This document shows positions 17,690-28,900 of a stretch of DNA of 61,469 nt, piece after piece. A program made the translations under genes and the position numbers. The notes under the pieces are model-generated. The model was not told where the DNA came from. It did no database searches and saw nothing but the letters and a program-made list of their open reading frames with translations. This DNA is from Eubacteriales bacterium (GTDB lineage Bacteria > Bacillota > Clostridia > Oscillospirales > CAG-272): the NCBI GenBank assembly GCA_045635885.1, contig JAZTWO010000041.1, positions 1-61,469 of the forward strand. The letters are read 5' to 3'. Numbering within the stretch: the first letter of the stretch is position 1; every line of letters starts with the position of its first letter.

Positions 17690-18940
17690 TTAGTCAACGA
17701 AAACAATGTCACCATTTTCATCAAGAAGTGTGTATTCAGGAAGTTCAATAGATGTTGTTCCCAAATCATTTAGAAGCACAAGCACTTCAATATATTCTAT
17801 TCTATCCTTTTCATAAGGGCTAGAATAAACTACTTCAAATACACACACTGCCTTTGTAAACATACCATTTTCAAAATAGATATAAAGTTCTGCAGAATCT
17901 GCGCCAATGTATTCAGCTACAACTGCATCAAGAGCCATCTTATAGTATCTTCCCTCTTCGTCATATGTGAGGTAATCTACGCTGATATAGTTTTTAGCTT
18001 CTTCAACACCTGCGTTAAAGTCATCCATTGTTCCGCCAACGGGAGTTGCATACCAATCAGCATAGCTATCCTGCTTCACCACATAGAACTCGCCATCAAT
18101 AAGTGTCAAATATGTTCCTAGTGTTTGACCGTAAGCTGAAACTTCAATTCCAATTGTAGTATCAGCAAATTTAATACCCAATTCTACAGAATATCCATCA
18201 TATGACACAACTCCATTCAATGTGAAGTTTCTGTTGTCAAGAAGAGCCGCCAACTGTTCTGTTGTAACTGTTGTTTCAACGCCTTCAGCAGCATTGTTGG
18301 GGTCAACAACGCCGTCATTAAGAATCACGTATGAAGGAATATCAATAACTGTTGTTCCAACGTTCTTGATTTCCACGGTTTCTTTCATATCCATATATTC
18401 TGACTCAGCAATAGCATAAGAAAGAACGCCATTATTAAACTGGAATTTGAAAACCGTATGTGTACCATCTTCCCATACATAGGTCTTTGTAGCTTCATCA
18501 TAAACCAAGTCTTCAAATTCAATCTCGTAAAGACCTACCGTTTCGCCCAAAGTAATATTCTCCATGTCAGGCATATATTCAGATTTTGAACCTACCCAAC
18601 CGGCATTAGTTTCAGAAAGAATACAACCGCCTTCAAAATCATAAACCATAGACTGTTTGTAATCATCAACTTCAGCTACTATTCTTGCTTTAGTGTCAGC
18701 AACTTCAATGAAATAATAATATCCAGGACTGTTTTGACTTACTGTGTAGTTTGTGGAATTATACAAGTTTTCCCATTCTGATTTGTCAATAGTTGTTCTT
18801 GAACCGCTAATGTATTTGTCAATCAAACCTCCAACAAATCCACTAACGTCGTTCCAAGTTTTTTCAAAGTCACAAGAAGTGAGCATGAACGTTGAAAGTA
18901 ACATTACTGTTACAAGTACTAGTGATAGAATTCTTCTCAT
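17690..18940 (-). CDS. Acidic lipoprotein with two internal repeat domains
   Basis: Lipobox LTSC; repeated motifs L(V/T)YDE...F(N/E)NG...GTT(V/S)I(D/E)(I/L)PxY. Confidence 0.75.
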   Translation of the reverse strand: MRRILSLVLVTVMLLSTFMLTSCDFEKTWNDVSGFVGGLIDKYISGSRTTIDKSEWENLYNSTNYTVSQNSPGYYYFIEVADTKARIVAEVDDYKQSMVYDFEGGCILSETNAGWVGSKSEYMPDMENITLGETVGLYEIEFEDLVYDEATKTYVWEDGTHTVFKFQFNNGVLSYAIAESEYMDMKETVEIKNVGTTVIDIPSYVILNDGVVDPNNAAEGVETTVTTEQLAALLDNRNFTLNGVVSYDGYSVELGIKFADTTIGIEVSAYGQTLGTYLTLIDGEFYVVKQDSYADWYATPVGGTMDDFNAGVEEAKNYISVDYLTYDEEGRYYKMALDAVVAEYIGADSAELYIYFENGMFTKAVCVFEVVYSSPYEKDRIEYIEVLVLLNDLGTTSIELPEYTLLDENGDIVFVD

Positions 18941-19140
18941 AATTTTTCCTTTCTTTTGAGACTGAATTTAAAATGCCATCAAGAGAAAAGCATTTTATGG
19001 TAATCTCTATGTTATTATATTAACATACATATATACGAATTGCAATAGCATTTTATTTTTTTGTATAATATTATATATTTTCATATATTTTTTTGTACAT
19101 ATTAATCAAAAAACGGCTCAAACGAGCCGTTTAAAATTAT

Positions 19141-19479
19141 TTAAGCCATTTTGTCTGAAAGCTTTGCGCCACCAACAATGTGGAAATGAAGATGATGAAC
19201 AGTTTGACATGCATCATCACCACAGTTTGAAATTACACGATAACCATTTTCAATTCCAGCTTCTTTAGCAATTCTTGGAATATTTTCAAAAATTTTAGCA
19301 ACGATTGCGCTATTCTCTGCAGTAATTTCATCAACGCACGCAATATGTGCCTTGGGAATTACTAAAATATGCACGGGTGCTTGGGGGGCAATGTCATAAA
19401 AAGCATAGATATCCTCGTTTTCAAATGCCTTTTTAGATGGGATTTCCCCATTTATAATTTTACAAAATAAGCAGCTCAT
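19141..19479 (-). CDS. hit: Histidine triad (HINT) protein
   Basis: CLFCKI, DIAPQAPVHILVIPK, QTVHHLHFHIVGG; terminator 19108-19132. Confidence 0.93.
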   Translation of the reverse strand: MSCLFCKIINGEIPSKKAFENEDIYAFYDIAPQAPVHILVIPKAHIACVDEITAENSAIVAKIFENIPRIAKEAGIENGYRVISNCGDDACQTVHHLHFHIVGGAKLSDKMA

Positions 19480-19601
19480 AGTTTTTTCTCCTTTGGTTTT
19501 TATGTATTGATTTTAACACTTTTTGCATTGATAGTCAATAAGTTATTGATATTTTTTTGATTTTGTGTTATAATCATTTTAATAATTTTTTGGAGATTTG
19601 T

Positions 19602-20687
19602 ATGAATATCAATATAAGCTTAGATTTATGGCATTATCTTGCCAAAGCCAATCGCCCAATCGTGATGTACGGAATGGGCAATGGTGCGGACAAGATTATT
19701 GCTGTTTGTGAAAAATACGGCATTGAAATTTCAGATTTCTTTGCAAGTGACGGTTTTGTCAGGGGACACTCCTTCCATGGAAAAACCGTAATTTCATATT
19801 CCACAATGAAGGAAAAATATCAGGGGAAAAACCCAATTGTTTTACTTTCTTTCGCCTCTTCTCTGCCCGACGTTATGGCACTTTTCAAAAAGGTGGGCGA
19901 AGAATGTGAATTGTATGCTCCTGACGTCCCCGTTTTTGGAGAAACACTTTTCACAATGGAATTTTTCAACGAAAACCGTGCACGATTTGAGGCGGTTTAT
20001 AATATGCTTGCCGATGAAGAATCAAAACGAATTTTTGAAAACGTAATCTCATATAAACTCACGGGCAATATTGATTATCTTTGGAAAAGCGAGAGCGACA
20101 AAGCAGAGGTTTATGAAAAAATTCTTGATTGCAAAAGCATTAAGCGATACGTTGACCTTGGTGCCTATAATGGCGACACAATTCGTGAAATGCTTAACTT
20201 TAACCCCAACTTAACTCAAGCAATCGCTCTTGAGCCGGACGCAAGAAATTTTAGAAAACTTAATGAATATGCCCTGACGGTTGATAACATTGACATCAAA
20301 TGCATCAACGCAGGCGCTTGGTGTGAAAACACCACTCTGCTTTTTGATGCAAGCGGAAATAGAAACGCAGGCATTGTTTCAAAGGGAAATATCGTTTCAA
20401 AAATCAAAGAGGTCCCCGTTGTTTCAGTTGACGAGGTGCTTGAAGGTGCTTTTGTGGACTACATAAAATATGACGTTGAAGGTTCTGAAAAAGAGGCGCT
20501 TATCGGCTCTGCACAGACCATAAAAACGCACGCACCCAAGCTTCTTGTTTCCCTTTATCACAGAAGTGAGGATGTGTTTACCCTGCCCGAATTAGTTAAG
20601 GAATTAAATCCCGATTATTCCCTTTATATTCGTCGCTTCCCATACATTCCTGCGTGGGATCTTAATCTATATGCAATAAAAAAATAA
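19602..20687 (+). CDS. FkbM-family methyltransferase; start revised from 19557
   Basis: VDLGAYNGDT, EPD and YIKYDVEGSE motifs; GGAG RBS before ATG 19602. Confidence 0.85.
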   Translation: MNINISLDLWHYLAKANRPIVMYGMGNGADKIIAVCEKYGIEISDFFASDGFVRGHSFHGKTVISYSTMKEKYQGKNPIVLLSFASSLPDVMALFKKVGEECELYAPDVPVFGETLFTMEFFNENRARFEAVYNMLADEESKRIFENVISYKLTGNIDYLWKSESDKAEVYEKILDCKSIKRYVDLGAYNGDTIREMLNFNPNLTQAIALEPDARNFRKLNEYALTVDNIDIKCINAGAWCENTTLLFDASGNRNAGIVSKGNIVSKIKEVPVVSVDEVLEGAFVDYIKYDVEGSEKEALIGSAQTIKTHAPKLLVSLYHRSEDVFTLPELVKELNPDYSLYIRRFPYIPAWDLNLYAIKK

Positions 20688-20859
20688 AAAACGCAATTTT
20701 TTTGCGTTTTTTATTTTTTGAAATTTAAATTATATAGCAAAAATACAAAATTTGGAGGATTAAGATAAATTTATTTATATATTTGTTACACAAATAATTG
20801 ACAATTATCTATAAATTTGATATAATAAACTGATTAAATATAAATATTAATATGAAGGA

Positions 20860-22185
20860 GTGAACAAATTGCCTTTATTCAAAAAATTACCGGGTGTATC
20901 CCTTCCCCACAAAAAAGGGACAGCAAAATCAGTTCCCGTGGCTATGCCCACGCCTGCAAGTGTACTTATGCCCCTCTCAATGCATATCGGTGCGCCTGCA
21001 ACTCCCGTTGTTAAAACAGGTGATCTTGTAACCGTTGGTCAGGTTATTGCCGAGGCATCGGGATACGTTTCTGCAAAAATTCATTCAAGTGTTTCAGGCA
21101 AGGTTAAAAACACAGATACCACCATTCTTTCAAACGGGAGAAAGGTTTCTGCCATCCTTATTGAAAGTGATGGGCTTGATACTCCCTGCGACACACTTGC
21201 TCCACGTGAGGTTAACACACTTGAAGACCTTGTAAATGCAGTTAAGGATAGTGGCATTGTTGGTCTTGGTGGCGCAGGATTTCCCACTGCAGTAAAGCTC
21301 AACGTTAAGTCCGTTGACGAAATTGTTATTAACGGTGCAGAATGCGAGCCATATATTACAAGTGATACTCACACCATGCTCGACCGTGGCGACGATATTC
21401 GTTTTGGTATTGAAATTCTAAACAAATGCTTAAATCCCCAAAAGGTGATTTTTGGCATTGAAAAGAATAAGCCGGAATGTATTGAAAACATTAAAAATCT
21501 CACATCCGATATTGAAAACGTGACTATTGCTCCCCTTAAGGCAATGTACCCTCAGGGCGGAGAAAAGGTTCTTGTTTATCACACAACGGGCAAGGTTATT
21601 ATGGAAGGAAAGCTCCCCATTGATGCAGGTGTTATTGTAATCAACTGCACAACCTTGGCAGAGATTGCTTCATTCATAAAAACAGGTATGCCCCTTACTA
21701 AAAAGTGCATCACTATTGACGGTGGTGCTGTTGCAGAGCCCAAAAACGTTATTGCTCCTATCGGCACAAAAATTGCTGATATTATCGAATTTGCAGGCGG
21801 AGTTAAATCCGAACCCCAAAAGATAATTCTTGGTGGTCCTATGATGGGTTGGTCCGTTGAAAGCATGGAAATGCCCGTTATGAAAAACACTAACGCAGTT
21901 CTCTTCTTCAACGAATATGAAGCAACTGTTCCAGAGCCCACTGCTTGCATTAAATGCGGCAACTGCGTAAATGCTTGCCCCTTCGGTCTTGATCCCAAGG
22001 CATTCGTTCAGGCATTGCGTGCAGGTGATGACGAGGCACTTGTCAACCTTAAAGCAAACATCTGCATGGAATGTGGTTGTTGCTCTTTCGCATGCCCTGC
22101 TAAGCGTCAGCTTGTTCACACAAACAAGATTGCCAAAGCAAAGGTAATGAAAATTCTTAAAGAACGTCAGGAGGCGAAAAAATAA
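20860..22185 (+). CDS. rnfC: Rnf complex subunit C (start possibly TTG 20869)
   Basis: GIVGLGGAGFPT, NGAECEPY, YPQGGEK and two CxxCxxCxxxCP motifs. Confidence 0.95.
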   Translation: MNKLPLFKKLPGVSLPHKKGTAKSVPVAMPTPASVLMPLSMHIGAPATPVVKTGDLVTVGQVIAEASGYVSAKIHSSVSGKVKNTDTTILSNGRKVSAILIESDGLDTPCDTLAPREVNTLEDLVNAVKDSGIVGLGGAGFPTAVKLNVKSVDEIVINGAECEPYITSDTHTMLDRGDDIRFGIEILNKCLNPQKVIFGIEKNKPECIENIKNLTSDIENVTIAPLKAMYPQGGEKVLVYHTTGKVIMEGKLPIDAGVIVINCTTLAEIASFIKTGMPLTKKCITIDGGAVAEPKNVIAPIGTKIADIIEFAGGVKSEPQKIILGGPMMGWSVESMEMPVMKNTNAVLFFNEYEATVPEPTACIKCGNCVNACPFGLDPKAFVQALRAGDDEALVNLKANICMECGCCSFACPAKRQLVHTNKIAKAKVMKILKERQEAKK

Positions 22186-23132
22186 TGAATAATCTTTTGA
22201 CAGTTTCTCCCTCTCCACATATCAGAAGTCCAAGAACAACAACTTCAATTATGACAACCGTGCTTATCGCACTTTTCCCTGCGGCACTTTTGTCAGTTGT
22301 GTTTTTCGGATTCAAAGCACTCCTCATTCTTTTGGTTTCAAACCTTGCGTGCGGACTTCTCGAATACGGTTGGTGCAGACTCAACAAGCTTAAAAATACA
22401 GTTGTTGACGTTTCTTGCTTTGTAACAGGCACACTTTTGGCACTCACTCTTCCTGCAAATCTTGGCGAATTTAAGAATTTGTGGATGGTTGTTGTTGGTG
22501 CTTTTATAGCAATTATCATAGTTAAAGAATTCTTTGGTGGAATTGGTTACAACTTTGCAAACCCTGCAATTACCGCAAGAATAGCAATGCTCGTTTGCTT
22601 TCCCGACGCTATGACTCAAACCGTACATACAAGCTTTACAAACGTTGAGCTTGCTTCGAGTGCTACTCCCCTTGGAGATATAGCTGCAAATAAGGGTGAG
22701 CTTCTCCCCTCTTGGATTGAAATGTTCGTGGGTGATCACGCAGGCGCAATTGGTGAAGTTTCTGCTCTTGCTCTTATTATCGGTGGTATCTTCCTTATCG
22801 CAACTAAGGTTATCACATGGCACATTCCCGTTTCATTTATTGCAACTGTTGGTCTTTTCACACTCGCAACAGGAACATACCCCTCATATCAAATTATTGC
22901 GGGCGGTCTTATGATTGGTGCATTCTTTATGGCAACCGATTACGTTACAAGCCCAGATACACCCAAGGGTAAGTTGGTATTTGGTATTGGATGCGGCCTT
23001 ATCACTGCGGTTATCCGTGTTTACGGTGGCTACCCCGAAGGCGTTTCATTTGCAATTTTGCTTATGAACATTCTTAATCCCTATATCATCAAATTGACTA
23101 GAAATAAGGCGTTTGGAGGTATTAAGCAATGA
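22185..23132 (+). CDS. rnfD: Rnf complex subunit D
   Basis: SPSPHI, FGGIGYNFANPA, SATPL (FMN-carrying Thr), FMATDYVTSP, YPEG. Confidence 0.95.
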   Translation: MNNLLTVSPSPHIRSPRTTTSIMTTVLIALFPAALLSVVFFGFKALLILLVSNLACGLLEYGWCRLNKLKNTVVDVSCFVTGTLLALTLPANLGEFKNLWMVVVGAFIAIIIVKEFFGGIGYNFANPAITARIAMLVCFPDAMTQTVHTSFTNVELASSATPLGDIAANKGELLPSWIEMFVGDHAGAIGEVSALALIIGGIFLIATKVITWHIPVSFIATVGLFTLATGTYPSYQIIAGGLMIGAFFMATDYVTSPDTPKGKLVFGIGCGLITAVIRVYGGYPEGVSFAILLMNILNPYIIKLTRNKAFGGIKQ

Positions 23133-23647
23133 AAAACGATAGTGTGAAATCATTGGTTGTACTCACCGCCTGCGCACTTGTTATAATGGTTCTTCTTGCA
23201 GGCATTAATATTGCAACCAAGGATAGAATCGAGCAAAACAATTACGAAAAAATGATGAAATCACTTGAAGGTCTTATTCCCGATGTTGAAAAAACCGATT
23301 ACGAACAGGTTGAAGACCTTTCAGCATATCCAAAATCCATATCCGCAATTTTTGTTGATAAAGAAGGCCGTGGCATTGCAGTAATATTCACCGCAAAATC
23401 ACAGTATTCTTCATCACCAATGAAATATGCAGTCGGCTTTGATGCAGATGGCAAAATCATATCTGTAAATCAAATCACATATATGGAATCAAAGAGCTTT
23501 GGTAACTACTATAAGTCCTATCAGGGTCTTGTACAGTCCGAGGCAAGTGGTGTTGAAGTGTTTGGTGGCGTTACATACTCTTCAAACGCATTCAAATCAG
23601 GTCTTAATGATGCTTTTGAAGCATTTAAGATTACAAACAATAAATAA
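23129..23647 (+). CDS. rnfG: Rnf complex subunit G
   Basis: N-terminal TM helix, FMN-binding-like GGVTYSS motif, operon position. Confidence 0.8.
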   Translation: MKNDSVKSLVVLTACALVIMVLLAGINIATKDRIEQNNYEKMMKSLEGLIPDVEKTDYEQVEDLSAYPKSISAIFVDKEGRGIAVIFTAKSQYSSSPMKYAVGFDADGKIISVNQITYMESKSFGNYYKSYQGLVQSEASGVEVFGGVTYSSNAFKSGLNDAFEAFKITNNK

Positions 23648-23659
23648 GGAGGACGGAAA

Positions 23660-24370
23660 ATGAATAACAATAAAATGTCAACCTTGACCAAAGGTATCAT
23701 CAAAGAAAACCCCGTTCTCGTGCTTGTTCTCGGAACCTGCCCCACCCTTGCGGTAACAACAGGAATTGTTTCTGCAATCAGTATGGGACTTGCAACTCTT
23801 GCGGTGCTTGTTTGCTCAAACATGGCAATTTCGGCACTTAGAAACGTTATTCCCGACAAGGTTAGAATTCCCTCTTACATAGTTCTTATTGCGGGCTTTG
23901 TAACCGCCGTTCAAATGCTTTTGCAGGCATATGCACCCGACATTTATGATTTGCTTGGTGTTTATCTTGCACTTATCGTTGTAAACTGCATCATTCTTGG
24001 CAGAGCCGAGATGTTTGCAAACAAAAATAACGTAATTGATTCTGCCCTTGACGGAGTTGGTATGGGAATTGGCTTTACACTTACACTTTTCGTAATGGCT
24101 TTCATTCGTGAAGTGCTTGGAAGCGCTACCTTCGCAGGTATCGCAATCCCATTCCTTGAACCCTTCAAGCTCCCCATTCTTGTAAGCGCCCCCGGTGGCT
24201 TCTTCGTGTTCGGCATTCTCATTGCTCTTGTTGGAATTATCACAAAGGGTGAATATCCCAAGAAAAAGAGCTTTGGTTGTGAGGGTTGCCCCTCTGCCGC
24301 ATCCTGCGCAAAGGCGAAAAGCGGCAAAGGATGTGCTAATTCTGCAGAAAGCGAGGTAGCAGAGGCATGA
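23660..24370 (+). CDS. rnfE: Rnf complex subunit E
   Basis: ENPVLVLVLGTCPTLA, VRIP, LIVVNCIILGRAE. Confidence 0.95.
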   Translation: MNNNKMSTLTKGIIKENPVLVLVLGTCPTLAVTTGIVSAISMGLATLAVLVCSNMAISALRNVIPDKVRIPSYIVLIAGFVTAVQMLLQAYAPDIYDLLGVYLALIVVNCIILGRAEMFANKNNVIDSALDGVGMGIGFTLTLFVMAFIREVLGSATFAGIAIPFLEPFKLPILVSAPGGFFVFGILIALVGIITKGEYPKKKSFGCEGCPSAASCAKAKSGKGCANSAESEVAEA

Positions 24371-24963
24371 TTAAAACATTGATTATGATTTTGATGTCAT
24401 CCGTCCTCGTAAACAACTATACACTCTCTAAATTCCTTGGCATTTGCCCCTTCCTCGGTGTTTCCAAAAAGACCGACCAGGCAACAGGTATGGGTGTTGC
24501 GGTTACCGCAGTAATGGTTGTTGCAACTGCAGTTACATGGCCAATTCAAAAATATGTTCTTGACGAGCTTGGACTTGGCTACCTTCAAACAATAGTATTT
24601 ATTGTGGTTATTGCAACTCTTGTTCAGTTTGTTGAAATAGTTTTAAAGAAATATATTCCCGCGCTTCATAAATCGCTTGGTGTATACCTCCCACTTATCA
24701 CAACAAACTGTGCAGTTCTTGGTGTAACAATCAATAATATTTCTGACGGTTTTAATTTTATCGAATCCATCTTCTCAGCAATTGGTTGCGGACTTGGTTT
24801 CCTTCTTGCAATGGTGCTTTTTGCAGGTGTAAGAAGCGTGCTTGAGGGTAACGACAAAATGCCCAAGGCACTTCAAGGTCTTCCCATAACACTTATCGCC
24901 GCTTCCATCGTTTCCCTTTCATTTATGGGATTTGGTGGAATTATTGAAAATCTTTTCGGTTAA
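24367..24963 (+). CDS. rnfA: Rnf complex subunit A
   Basis: FLGICPFLGVSK, LPLITTNCAVLG. Confidence 0.95.
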   Translation: MIKTLIMILMSSVLVNNYTLSKFLGICPFLGVSKKTDQATGMGVAVTAVMVVATAVTWPIQKYVLDELGLGYLQTIVFIVVIATLVQFVEIVLKKYIPALHKSLGVYLPLITTNCAVLGVTINNISDGFNFIESIFSAIGCGLGFLLAMVLFAGVRSVLEGNDKMPKALQGLPITLIAASIVSLSFMGFGGIIENLFG

Positions 24964-24975
24964 GGAGGTAAAAAT

Positions 24976-25797
24976 ATGACTGCTATTTTATATGCTGCTA
25001 TTCTTGCCTTGGTGATTGGTCTTCTTTGTGCGTTGGTGTTGGTGCTTGCCGCAAAGTTTATGAGCGTTCCCGTTGATGAAAGATTCCCCAAGGTGCGTGA
25101 GTGCCTTCCCGGTGCTAACTGCGGTGCGTGTGGTTACACAGGTTGTGACGGATATGCGCAGGCGCTTATTGATAACCCCGAGCTTAAATGTAACCTCTGC
25201 GTGCCAGGTGGCGATTCAACTGCACAAAAGCTTGGTGAAATTCTTGGCAAAGAGGTTGAGGATGTTATTGAAATGGTTGCGGTTGTAAAGTGCGACGGCA
25301 ACTGCTCTGCGGTAAAGCAGAGATTCGAATATAAGGGCGTTAAAACATGTGAAGCCGCTAATATGTTCTATGGTGGTTCAGGAACTTGTTCCTTTGGTTG
25401 TATCGGACTTGGCGACTGTGCAAGAGCTTGCCCGCAAAATGCAATCTGCGTTGAAAATGGCGTTGCTTACGTTAATAGCGAGCTTTGTATCGGTTGTGGA
25501 ATTTGCGCAAAAGCATGTCCCCACCACATAATTGAGCTTATGCCCGACATAAATAGAACCCTTGTTCTCTGCTCAAGCCACGACAAAGGCGCAATTGTTA
25601 GAAAGTTCTGCACAAACGGATGTATCGCATGCGGCAAATGTACAAAAACCTGCCCCAACGGTGCGATTACCCTTGTAAATAACCTTGCAACAATCGACTA
25701 TGAAAAATGCACCAATTGCGGCGCTTGCCGTGATGTCTGCCCCGTTCACTGTATCGTTGAAAAGGACATATCGGGCATTCACAGAATTGCTAAATAA
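24976..25797 (+). CDS. rnfB: Rnf complex subunit B (polyferredoxin)
   Basis: LPGANCGACGYTGC and several CxxCxxCxxxCP motifs. Confidence 0.95.
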   Translation: MTAILYAAILALVIGLLCALVLVLAAKFMSVPVDERFPKVRECLPGANCGACGYTGCDGYAQALIDNPELKCNLCVPGGDSTAQKLGEILGKEVEDVIEMVAVVKCDGNCSAVKQRFEYKGVKTCEAANMFYGGSGTCSFGCIGLGDCARACPQNAICVENGVAYVNSELCIGCGICAKACPHHIIELMPDINRTLVLCSSHDKGAIVRKFCTNGCIACGKCTKTCPNGAITLVNNLATIDYEKCTNCGACRDVCPVHCIVEKDISGIHRIAK

Positions 25798-25804
25798 TTC
25801 AAAC

Positions 25805-25909
25805 AAAAATCCTCTCTCACGAGAGGATTTTTTACATTAATTATTATTTTTTATTTATTCTCTATTCTTTATTCTTTACAAAAAACTCCTCTCTCGCGAG
25901 AGGAGTTTT
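25805..25909. terminator. Two near-identical terminator hairpins separated by a heptamer tandem repeat
   Basis: AAAAATCCTCTC-tcac-GAGAGGATTTTT (25805-32) and AAAACTCCTCTC-tcgc-GAGAGGAGTTTT (25882-909); TTATTCT-like units at 25841-75. Confidence 0.8.
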
Positions 25910-25920
25910 GTTTTTTATCT

Positions 25921-28900
25921 TCATTCGGGTTTGTAGCCCCAAATGTAATTATAAGTTGTATTGCACCAATTTTCATCCCATCCATATGGTTTTGAGGATG
26001 CTTCACAATAAATTGTGATTGATGAAGAATAGTAGAATACGCTATAACCCATAGTTTCTACAGATTCAGGAATAACTATGCTTGTAAGTGCTGTACAATA
26101 AGCAAATGCATAATTTCCAATACTTGTTACAGATTCGGGGATATTTATACTTGTAAGTACTTTACAACCATAGAATGCATAATCACCAATGTTTGTAACA
26201 GAGTTGCCAATTGTTACGCTTTTGAGCGCAGTGCAATTATAGAATGTAGAAGCTCCAATACTCGTCACGGAATTGGGGATTTCTATGCTTGTAAGTGCTT
26301 TACAACCATAAAATGCTCTATTACTTATATTCGTTACATAGTTTCCTATTGTTACACTTGTAAGTTTTGAGCAACCTTCGAATGCATTATAATCAATATT
26401 TGATACGGAGTCAGGTATTATTATACTTGTAAGTGATTTGCAATTATAGAATGCATTAACGCCTATACTGGTTACGGAGTCTCCTATTGTTACGCTTTTA
26501 AGTGATGAACAACCAGAGAATGTAGAATTATCAATAATTTCTACTAAATCGGGTATTTCTATACTTGTAAGTGAGGTGCATCCATAGAATGCAGAATTTC
26601 CAATACTTATCACAGAGTCAGGAATTTTTACGCTAGTAAGTGAGGTACAACCGTTGAAAGCACGAACACCGATATTTGTCACTTTTTTTCCGTTTATTGT
26701 AGATGGTATAGTTACAGTATTAGTAACTCCGGTAAACTTATCAATAGAAATCTCATTGTTTTTTTGATGCCATACTAGGCCATCAGATGTTATCCCCGAA
26801 GTTTGAACACCCCACACAACAAGTAAACTGGACTCATTCCATGAAGAACCCCATCCGTCAGGCTTTGATTCAGCTTCACAGTAAATTATCCTCGAAAGAT
26901 TACTAGAAAATACACTGCCCATACTAGTTACAGAAGCGGGAATTGTTATGTTTGTGAGCAAATTGCAATTATAGAATGCATAATTACCTATATGTGTTAC
27001 GGAATTTGGAATTGTTATACTTGTGAGTGATTTGCAATTATAGAATGCATAATTACCTATACTTGTTACGGTATTGGGAATTTCTACGTTTTGAACCAAT
27101 TCATTATTAAAATACAAATTAGTAGCTTTAATCATAGGATTAGAATAAAAATCTGTAAAATTAATGGCAACCCAATCTTCAACAGTTCCCATAAAGTATA
27201 CATCTTGGAGATTTGTACAATTATAAAATGCATTAGAACCGATACTTGTCACGGATCCGGGGATTGTTATGTTTGTGAGTGCTCTACAATTATAGAATGT
27301 AGAACCACCTATACTATTTAAGTTATTAAGTATTGTTACGCTCTTGAGTGAAGTACAATTATAGAATGTGGAACCTCTAAGATTATTTACATAGGGAATT
27401 GTTATACTTGCAAGTGATTTGCAATTGTAGAAGGCATAACCCCATATATCAGTCAACTGACTATTTTCACCAAATGTTACGCTTGTAAGCGACTCACATT
27501 GATAGAATGCATAACCATCAATACTTGTAATAGAATCGGGGATTTCTATAGTTGTAAGCGAAATACAGTTATAGAATGCAGAATCACCAATACTTGTAAC
27601 AGAGTCGGGGATTTCTATAGTTGTAAGCGAAACGCAGTCATAGAATGCTCTTTCAGGAATACTTGTTAACTGACTATTTTGAGCAAATGTTATGCTACTC
27701 AATTTAGTGCAATAATAGAATGCTCCATAACCAATACTCGTCACAGAGTTGCCGATTGTTACGCTTGTAAGTGAATTGCATTTTTCAAATGCTCCAGCAC
27801 CAATGCTCGTTACAGAGTTGGGAATTGTGATGCTTGTTAGTGGTGTGTAAGCAAAAGCTAAATCACCAATACTCTTCACAGAATTAGGAATACTTATGTT
27901 TGTAAGTGGGCAACCACTAAATGCTTCTTTACCAATGGTTATCACCGATTTAGGAATTGTAATACTTGTAAGATAATCACAAATGTAAAATGCACGATTA
28001 TTAATAATTCTTGTGCCACTATTAATTTTGCAACTTGTTATTGCGCCATCTTTAGCACGCATTAATACAAGATATGGATTAGTATTATTTCCAAGATAGA
28101 AGGCATTATCATACTGATTATATTTCAAAGATGTACAACTTCCAAATACATTCTCACCAATACTTGTTAAGGAGTCGGGAATACTTATATTTATAAGTGA
28201 TGTGCAACCAAGGAATGCAGAACCACCAATACTCGTTACAGAGTTACCTATAGTTACACTTGTTAGCGATGTACACTGTTCAAATGCTGAATCTGCAATG
28301 ATCGTTACAGAATCAGGAATTTCTATGCTTGTAAGTAAAGTGCAATTTCTAAATGCTTTAGCACCAATACTTGTCACAGAGTTAGGAATTTCTATGTTTG
28401 TGAGTGAAGCGCAATATTGAAATGCAGAATCACCAATACTCGTCACAGAGTTAGGAATTTCTATGATTTTAAGTGATGTGCAAAAGCTAAATGCAGCCGC
28501 ATCAATACTCGTTACGGTGTCGGGAATTGTTATACTTGTAATCGAATTGCAATTATGGAATGCAGCATAACCAATACTCGTTACAGGTAATTCATTATAA
28601 GTATTAGGGATAATTATTTTGTTACTTGTGCAAACACCTTTGCCAACTACAGAATAGCTAACTCCATCAGGATTCAGAGAAAATTCAAGTCCTTCCGAAC
28701 CGATTGGATAAATTGATAAAACAGAAATAACTTGTCCGCAAGTCATACATTGTGTATGCTTGCTTCCATATTCAGTATTTGTAGGTTCTCGATCAATTAT
28801 CCAATCGCTTTCAACATGCCCAAGTGCTGAACCACTTGTAATTCTACAAGTACTACATGTCTTGGGTGCAGTACAAGTAGCATCAACCCATGTATGACCA

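Noticed and set aside
20780-20830. Rex operator upstream of rnf
   Set aside because: Only a TTGTTA half-site; no full TTGTGAA-N4-TTCACAA-like palindrome.
24270-24370. Cys-rich tail on RnfE (GCEGCPSAASC)
   Set aside because: To my knowledge similar tails are common on clostridial RnfE, so it is not treated as novel.
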